Assembly: GCA_002269645.1 (NCBI GenBank)
Contig: NIVC01002725.1
Location: 1-64,000 of the forward strand
DNA from: Macrostomum lignano
Lineage: Eukaryota
Reading direction: 5' to 3'
DNA length: 64,000 nucleotides
Shown here: piece after piece, positions 56,060 to 64,000 of the stretch
Numbering within the stretch: the first letter of the stretch is position 1
How the letters are laid out: each line of letters begins with the position of its first letter
Translations under genes and position numbers: made by a program
Notes under the pieces: generated by a model
Databases searched by the model: none
Told to the model about the DNA's origin: nothing
What the model saw: only the letters and a program-made list of their open reading frames with translations

Positions 56060-56395
56060 AATCTATAGTTGTCCTTAACTGGTTTCGAACCAAGGACTAC
56101 TAGTTTATTTAGAAAAAATCTGGACTGGAAGCTATGTCCCTAACTGGTTTCGAACCAAGGACTATTACGAGTAGTTTATGTAGAAAGTATCTGGAAAGGA
56201 AGTTACGTCCTTAGTTTCGAACCAAAGACTACTAGTTTATGTAGAAAGTATCTGGAAAGGAAGTTACGTCCTTAGTTTCGAACCAAAGACTACTAGTTCA
56301 TGTAGAAAGTATCTGGACTGGAAGCTATTTCTCTAACTGGTTTCGAACCAGGGACTACTAGTCTATGTAGAAAGCATCTGGACTGGAAACTGTTC
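56060..56395. repeat. ~60-65-bp degenerate tandem repeat (..GTTTCGAACCAAGGACTACTAGTTTATGTAGAAAGTATCTGGA..), ~5 copies
   Basis: Visible. Confidence 0.85.
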
Positions 56396-57021
56396 TTGGC
56401 AAATCCACTTTATCTAGTCTTGTTTTCGAAACCTTTCCAACCAAGCCGTCCTTGGTCAAGAAAAGGGTAATAAAATCTACTTTTTTCCTAAAGTAACAAC
56501 CCACGCAGTTTCCAGTGTATTTTTTGGCTTTTTATTTCGAAACCGAGAAAGAGAAAAGCACGGGACAGAAGAACAGACGGAAAGTTGCTGCTTTTAAAAG
56601 GATTTCAATTAAGCAGTCATTTAAAAGGCCAACCAGCTAGAGGGGCCGGACAGGGGGAGAGAGGGGGTCGTAAATTTGAATCCCATTCTCCCGGACACCA
56701 GTGGGCCGGCTCGATCCCCCAGAGGACTTGGCGGTACAAGGCAGGGAAGAGGAAGGTTGCAGGTCAGAAATGCAAATACAGACAGCTCAGTTCTCCAGAC
56801 AGTCTCGCTTAAAAGCCAAGCACAGGAGGAGCACCAGAGCCAGTGTGGCTGTTTTCCTTCTATCGAATCTTCTTTCGCCCAGGGGTGCTTTAAAACCCTG
56901 GCGGAGTCTTAAAGAGCTCGGGCTCAATGCTGGACAATGAGGCGCTGCTGTGGTTATGGGTGAGGTCAATGTGCTGGGCACTTGGTAGTGCATCTACTCC
57001 TGGGGTAGTCTGCATGTGCTA

Positions 57022-57744
<723 letters not shown>

Positions 57745-58299
57745 AGGCACTCAGTGCGCAGAGACTGAAGGCTTGAAAAGCTGATTGAATCTACAGGCCA
57801 CTCCGGGGAAGCAGCTGAAGTGCCTGATTCGACTCCCTCGCACAGTGAGGCGACTCTGCCAGCTGAGCCTGAGCTCGAGCAAGTGCCCGCAAACAGCCAA
57901 ACAGCAAAGTCCCCCGGTTCGATGGGGCGTTTAGCCTGTCATCTCGGCATTATCCAAGTGTCTCGCTTTGAGTGTCCGCCCCCCTCCCGTCTCCCTCCCT
58001 GCCTCCCTCTGCATCGTATGGCACTCGTCCGGCATTTGCTGCCATGCAATAACAGTGCAAATTGGAGCAAAAATGATTGATTCTCTCTAACTCTGCACTG
58101 TATTGCTGTTGTTCGTCCACGAGCAGTATTTGCCCCTCTTTTTGCTGCTTGTTGTGAAGGCGGATCCACGGGATTCTGTAATAGTATGACATATTGGCTG
58201 CGGATTTGTGAGAGTGGGACACTGTTTGTATTGCTAGCAAATACATTTATATAGGGCAATATTCGCGTATTGGAGAAATAGATTCCCATAGGGAAGAAG

Positions 58300-59180
58300 T
58301 AGATTCACGTGGAAGAGTAGAAATTCAAGTGAGAGAGAAGTAGACTCACGTAGAGGAGAAATAGATTAGTGTCCGGGAGAAGTAGATTTACTTTGGGGAA
58401 AGTAGATTCACGTAGGGGAGAAGTAGATTCACGTAGGGGAGAAGTAGATTCACGTTTGGTAGAAGTAGATTCACGTAGGAGAGAAGTAGATTCACGTAGG
58501 GGAGAAGTAGATTCACGTAGGGGAGAAGTAGATTCACGTAGGGGAGAAGTAGATTCACGTAGGGGAGAAGTAGATTCACGTAGGGGAGAAGTAGATTCAC
58601 GTAGGGGAGAAGTTGATTCACGTAGGGGAGAAGTAAATTCACGTAGGGGAGAAGTAGATTCACGTAGGGGAGAAGTAGATTCACGTAGGGGAGAAGCAGA
58701 TTCACGTAGGGGAGAAGTAGATTCACGTTTGGTAGAAGTATATTCACGATTTGGAGAAGTAGATTCACGTAGGGGAGAAGTAGATTCACGTAGGGGAGAA
58801 GTAGATTCACGTAGGGGAGAAGTAGATTCACGTAGGGGAGAAGCAGATTCACGTAGGGGAGAAGTAGATTCACGTTTGGTAGAAGTATATTCACGATTTG
58901 GAGAAGTAGATTCACGTAGGGGAGAAGTAGATTCACGTAGGGGAGAAGTAGATTCACGTAGGGGAGAAGTAGATTCACGTAGGGGAGAAGTAGATTCACG
59001 TAGGGGAGAAGTAGATTCACGTAGGGGAGAAGTAGATTCACGTAGGGGAGAAGTAGATTCACGTAGGGGAGAAGTAGATTCACGTAGGGGAGAAGTAGAT
59101 TCACGTAGGGGAGAAGTAGATTCACGTAGGGGAGAAGTAGATTCACGTAGGGGAGAAGTAGATTCACGTAGGGAAGAAAT
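58300..59180. repeat. 21-bp minisatellite GAAGTAGATTCACGTAGGGGA, ~40 copies
   Basis: Visible. Confidence 0.98.
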
Positions 59181-59689
59181 AGATTCAATTGACAGTGGTA
59201 GATACTGTATTATGACACCTTTAATTGAATACGAGGGTGGGTAAGGAGTGTTGATGCATTTTCGGTGTATAACAATAAAGTTCTTAACAAAAAGAGAAAA
59301 AAGGGTATAACACGTGTCATAAGCCACGTGGCATAAACATTAACAATATTTTGGTGTAAACTTGTAAAACGGTATGAATGCAGGGGTGCAGGGCGTTGTT
59401 GTCATAAAACTAAAGAATTTATTCGCAACAGCAGACTGGGACAAAGACTCGTCAGCTTTAACTGCTCACAAATACAAGTAGCTATAAATGAATTTTATTT
59501 GCCTTTATCATGTGACGCATATTTTAGTGAGCCGACTCGCTAGATCTCTTTGTAGCGCTCATCAGAGCTTTAATTTCTCTGTGTACGCTCTCAGTTTTGA
59601 CTCCACTTCCACTTCTCAACGCCTCTTACCCTTTTCCTACCCTTACTTGCCCCTTTCCCATTCCTCTCCTTGCCCTCTTTCACCCCTCC

Positions 59690-60150
59690 CTACCCTCTTC
59701 CACCCCCTCTTTACCCTCTTCCACCCCCTCCTTACCCTCTTCCACCCCTTCCTACCCTCTTCTACCCCTCTCTACCCTCTTCCACCTCTCCCTACCCTCT
59801 TCCACCCCTCCCTACCCTCTTCCACCCCTCCTTACCCTCTTCCACCTCATCCTTACTCTCTTCCACCCCCTGCTTACCCTCTTCCAACCCTTCCTACCCT
59901 TTTCCACCCCTCCCTACCCTCTTCCACCCTTGCTACCCTCTTCCACCCCTTCCTACCCTCTTCCACCCCTTCCTACCCTCTTCCACCCCTCCCTACCCTC
60001 TTCCACCCCTCCCTACCCTCTTTCACCCCTCCCTACCCTCTTCCACCCCTCCCTACCCTCTTCCACCCTTACTACCCTCTTCCACCCTCTCCCTACCCTC
60101 TTCCACCCTCTCCCTACCCTCTTCCACCCTCTCCCTGCCCTCTTCCACCA
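59690..60150. repeat. ~20-bp polypyrimidine-rich repeat TACCCTCTTCCACCCCTCCC
   Basis: Visible. Confidence 0.95.
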
Positions 60151-60894
60151 CCTCCTTACCCTCATTCCCCTTCATTACCCTCTTCATCCCCTCCTTCCCC
60201 TCTTCATTCTCCTTTTTCTCTGTCTTTACCTTGTCTTTCCTCTTCTCTTCCTATCAGACTTGAAATTGGACAAAAACTCTTACAATAAAACCTGTTTCTC
60301 AACTTTCTCTGTCATCAATAGAAGCAAATAGTCAGACTTCTCCAGGTTTTGTCATACGTGCAGTTTTGACTCAACTCTAAAATTCCGTTGCGCAATTTTC
60401 AATTTTCACTTTCCCTCACCGACTATAGCTAACTAACAAAACTTATTTATGTTCCCTAGGTAAGTAGCTAATGGCCCCCCCCGAGCCTCGTGCTCTTCCA
60501 TTCTCACCGCCACACCCACCGGGCCTGCGTCATGCGGGGTCTTACGTAATCGCTTTTATTGAAAACCGCCATCGCCCGCCCTGCCTTGCCGCTAATGTTC
60601 TCTAATTCATCTTAATTCCTTCGATTTTTGTCCCCAGAAATTTCTCTAAGCCGTCTGCCTATAGGAGTGAAAAATCCAACCATTAGAAAGGTTGAAGTCA
60701 CTGACTTATTGCTGACTCTTTTCCCTAGAGCAATCTAGAATTTGACTTTACTTGGCCAATTGTTCAGGATTTGTCAAAAATGTGGGCATCGGTCATTCTG
60801 TTTGTCAAGATTACAGGTCTAGATTGTTGCTATGTGCAATTAGAATATTGAGATTCTGTGCTGCATCTCCATTGTCTCCAGATTTTAAGTTCGT

Positions 60895-61260
60895 CAGCAT
60901 TCCATAGTCTATGACTAGATCTCTATGACCTAAGTCATTGAATATTCCATAGTCTATGACTAGAACACTATGACCTAAGTCATGGAACATTCCATAGTCT
61001 ATGACTAGAACACTATGACCTAAGTCATTGAACAATCCATAGTCTATGACTAGAACTCTCTATGACCTAAGTCATGGAAAATTCCATAGTCTATGACTAG
61101 AACTCTCTATGACCTAAGTCATGGAACATTCCATAGTCTATGACTAGAACTCTCTATGACCTAAGTCATTGAATATTTCATAGAACATTCCATAGTCTAT
61201 GAGACTATGACTCGAGCCCCCCGTGATCAAAGTCATAAATCATTCGATAGTCTATGACCA
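60895..61260. repeat. ~45-47-bp minisatellite TCCATAGTCTATGACTAGAACACTATGACCTAAGTCATTGAATAT
   Basis: Visible; each unit contains two mini-hairpins (TAGTC-TAT-GACTA and ATGAC-CTAA-GTCAT). Confidence 0.92.
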
Positions 61261-61924
61261 GAACTGCATGACCCACGCTGCAGCTTAGATTCACCGAATC
61301 CCACATCAAGAATCGAACAGGTAAAAAGACTAAATTAGCTTTTTTTCGAACAATCCTAAACTAAGCTTTGACGGCCAGCTCCGATCAATCACAGTTTTGT
61401 CTCCAGCTAAAGAAGGAAGTTTCTCCCCCCAGCCGTCACTGGCCATTTCCTCAATCCATGCGTCATTGCGCCCCCCCCCCATTCACCATCCGACTTTCAG
61501 TTTAAAGAAGAAAGCGACTAGAATAAGATCCTCGGCTTTGATAAAAACAGATTGCGAAGCGCTAAGGGACTTAGTCCAAGGACTGCTTTGTTTAGTTAAT
61601 TGGATTGGAAAACTTAGAGGGTATCAGTTGGAGTTTCAATCCAGATACTAACACTTGGGAGTCCACGGCTAAATGACTGCAACAGGCAGTCGAGTGTCAC
61701 CTGGTGCTACCCCTTTCTTTTACCTGGCCTCTCATTATACTAACCCTTGGGCGGACTTCTTTGGGTATTTTTTACCTCTCTTAGTTAAAATGCAGGCAAA
61801 ATTTATTATTTTGTATACCGTTGCTTTGTTTGCTGCTTGCTTGATTGCTTCCGAAAGATCTGGTGCACAATGGCAATGGCAAACGAAAAGGAGACAAGAA
61901 ATGAATATTTGTGACCCATTACGG

Positions 61925-62150
61925 CAGTATTAGTGAGCCATTAGGGCAATATTAGTGAGCCATTAGGGCAATATTAGTGAGCCTTTAGTGAGTATTAGTG
62001 AGCCGTTAGTGAATATTAGCGAGCCATTAGTGATTTTTAGTGAGCCATTAGGGCAGTATTAGTGGCACATTAGTGAACATTTAGCGAGCCGTTAGGGCAA
62101 TATAGTGAGTCAGGGAAATATTAGTGAAGCCATTAGAACAATATTAGTGA
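61925..62150. repeat. 22-bp repeat ATTAGTGAGCCATTAGGGCAAT; related tract at 63240-63390
   Basis: Visible in both places. Confidence 0.85.
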
Positions 62151-62333
62151 CAAGGCCAACTCCTCCTTCGGAGAAGAAAGGAGAAGAACTCCCATCACCG
62201 GAATCCCATTCCCTGAACTCCATCAGGCTAATCCCATTTTCCAACACCTCTCCGCGCAATAGAAATCGTCTCCGTGAAACTGGACTCAATCGAAATTTCT
62301 CCGTCAAACAGAACTCAGCTCTCAGAATTCATT

Positions 62334-62363
62334 GGTTAGGGTTAGGGTTAGGGTTAGGGTTAG
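62334..62363. repeat. Interstitial telomere-like (TTAGGG)4 tract
   Basis: GGTTAGGGTTAGGGTTAGGGTTAGGGTTAG. Confidence 0.85.
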
Positions 62364-62530
62364 AGCTACACACAGTTGCGTGTTGAAAGGGGCCGGTAAA
62401 AAAGCAATTTTTTTCTCATTCAGTCAATATCATGGTCTCAGTTAAAGTTAACAAAAATATTGCGCAATCTAATTCAACCCTCCAATACACAGAGACCGAT
62501 CCCCTTCCAATACGCAGTGGCAATTAAAGG

Positions 62531-62749
62531 ATAATCCATAGAAATAAAGACTTTCCGTGACAATATTTGCGTTCTCCGGGATTTTATTTGGTAATATTCA
62601 ATAATATCCCGTAAAGTCTTTATGTCTATGGTTTATACGAGATTACACATGCCTTTTTCGGGAGTTATTTTCATAAATCCCTCGGGCCTTCGGGCCCTCG
62701 GGCCCTCGTGATTTATACAAATAACTCCCTCAAAAGGCATGTTTAATCT
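62531..62749. mobile_element. Two adjacent long palindromes (37-bp and 49-bp arms), probably hairpin-type MITEs
   Basis: 62531-62567 pairs with 62600-62636 (about 6 mismatches); 62640-62688 pairs with 62701-62749. Confidence 0.6.
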
Positions 62750-62779
62750 GATACTTAACAGATTATCTTTCCCTTATGC

Positions 62780-63215
62780 AGAAAAGCATGCTTTCGAATC
62801 TTCATATTTTGAATTTCGAATTATTTATAGCTCGTAGCAAAAGCTCAAGAAGTTGAAGTTTAGTCTATGGCCATAGACATATTATTATTTCTCAAGTGCT
62901 CACTGCGAGAAATATTTATTTATTTTTAGCTCATAGCATCGAAGCTACAATAAGTTGAAGTTTAGTCTATGGCCATAGACATATTGAGCTCTCACTGCGA
63001 GAAAAATACACTCATTAGATAGGGAAAATACAGTTTTTCGAATATTTAATCCCCTTAGCAATGAGCTAGAGCTCATTAAAATAGCTATAAACCCAATCCG
63101 GAAAATTTGCAGTTTTCCCATATAAGTTTCAACGCTGACTTGCCAGTAGTCTAGGAGAAAAATTGCAACACACATACAGACAGACAACGCACCACTTTTA
63201 GTATTAGGAGAGAGA
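62780..63215 (-). mobile_element. Helitron-like non-autonomous repeat, second copy, with an internal ~108-bp duplication
   Basis: Minus strand starts TCCTAATACTAAAAGTGG..TGTCTGTCTGTATGTGTG and aligns by eye to 20425-20610; contains the palindrome GTCTATGGCCATAGAC twice (~62863, ~62965). Confidence 0.4.
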
Positions 63216-64000
63216 GAGAAGAGAGAGAGAAGAGAGAGAAGCCATTAGAACAATATTAGTGAAGCCATTAGAACAATATTAGTGAGCTATTAGGGAAATA
63301 TTGGTTCACAAGTCATTAGGAAGCGATTACTGAGCCATCAGGACAATGTTAGTGAGTCATTAGTGAGTATCAGAGAGAAATTAGTGAATCTTCCTTAGCC
63401 AGAAAAAAGCAGAAAAAAGGGCAAAACCACTTCACGGTTTCATTGTGTCAGCCCAAATGGCGGACTTCCCCTCCTCAAACTCTTCCCCATTCGCTTCCGC
63501 CAACTGAAGGGGATCGAAAAAATGGCGTCAAGAAAATTCCGGATAGAATTTTACAATCAGCAATAAATCATGACTCGGCTGCGTGTTCACTGACACTGCC
63601 GTGCGGCACCTCAGCTGTTTGGAATGGCGACGCTTCATACCAGGAACTCAATAGAGTTTGCAGTTCGTAAAGAAATTTGCTAGTTCTTTTAACAAACAAG
63701 TAACTGCAAACTTTCGGTCTCTTAAGAGTTTGCTGCTAGCAATCTGCGCTTTCTAATTATCGCAATTGCAAGCAACGGCCGAGGGGGTAATATTTCCGCA
63801 AAGGCACTGCTAAATGCAACTTGGCAATCCTCTCGACTTTTGTCACCGTTAGTGTTCTTCTGCGTTCTCTAAGCACAGGCGGGTGAAGACACAAACCCTG
63901 ATGTTGCTGTACCCTTAGTCCCCACTGCCATTGATTAGTTGCTCTGTCTGGCCATGCCCCATCACCCTCCTCTCATCACTATTCCCCCTCCTCCCCCTCT

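Overview
This window is repeat-rich eukaryotic genomic DNA from an animal. A flatworm such as Macrostomum is only a guess, based on TTAGGG motifs, SINE and Penelope content, and minisatellite-filled introns. I reconstructed five spliced protein-coding loci by hand from GT-AG junctions, exon phase and protein motifs: (1) a probable secreted PAN/apple + ConA/LamG-like protein (+, ~50-1892); (2) a very basic multi-LCCL-domain protein (-, partial, 2981-5765) with three near-identical 534-bp exon+intron repeats and a fourth, frameshifted LCCL exon; (3) cytosolic carboxypeptidase CCP1/AGTPBP1 (-, 12166-20315, 10 exons, 1137 aa); (4) canonical poly(A) polymerase (+, 31312-35689, 5 exons, 611 aa); (5) an unnamed 337-aa protein with short SAXO/Mn-like motifs (+, 38442-43016, 6 exons). 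Mobile DNA includes three copies of a tRNA-derived SINE, an LTR with a perfect tRNA-Gln primer-binding site, a 5'-truncated Penelope-like element with an inverted 88-bp terminal repeat carrying a minimal hammerhead ribozyme motif, foldback/MITE elements and Helitron-like remnants. Nearly every long intron is filled by its own private minisatellite, and several units carry consensus TF-binding motifs (ETS, AP-1, K50 homeodomain, Fox). Most long ORFs in the supplied track are artefacts of tandem repeats. 44-64 kb is mostly simple repeat with no confidently identifiable gene. All alignments were made by eye; no database search was run.
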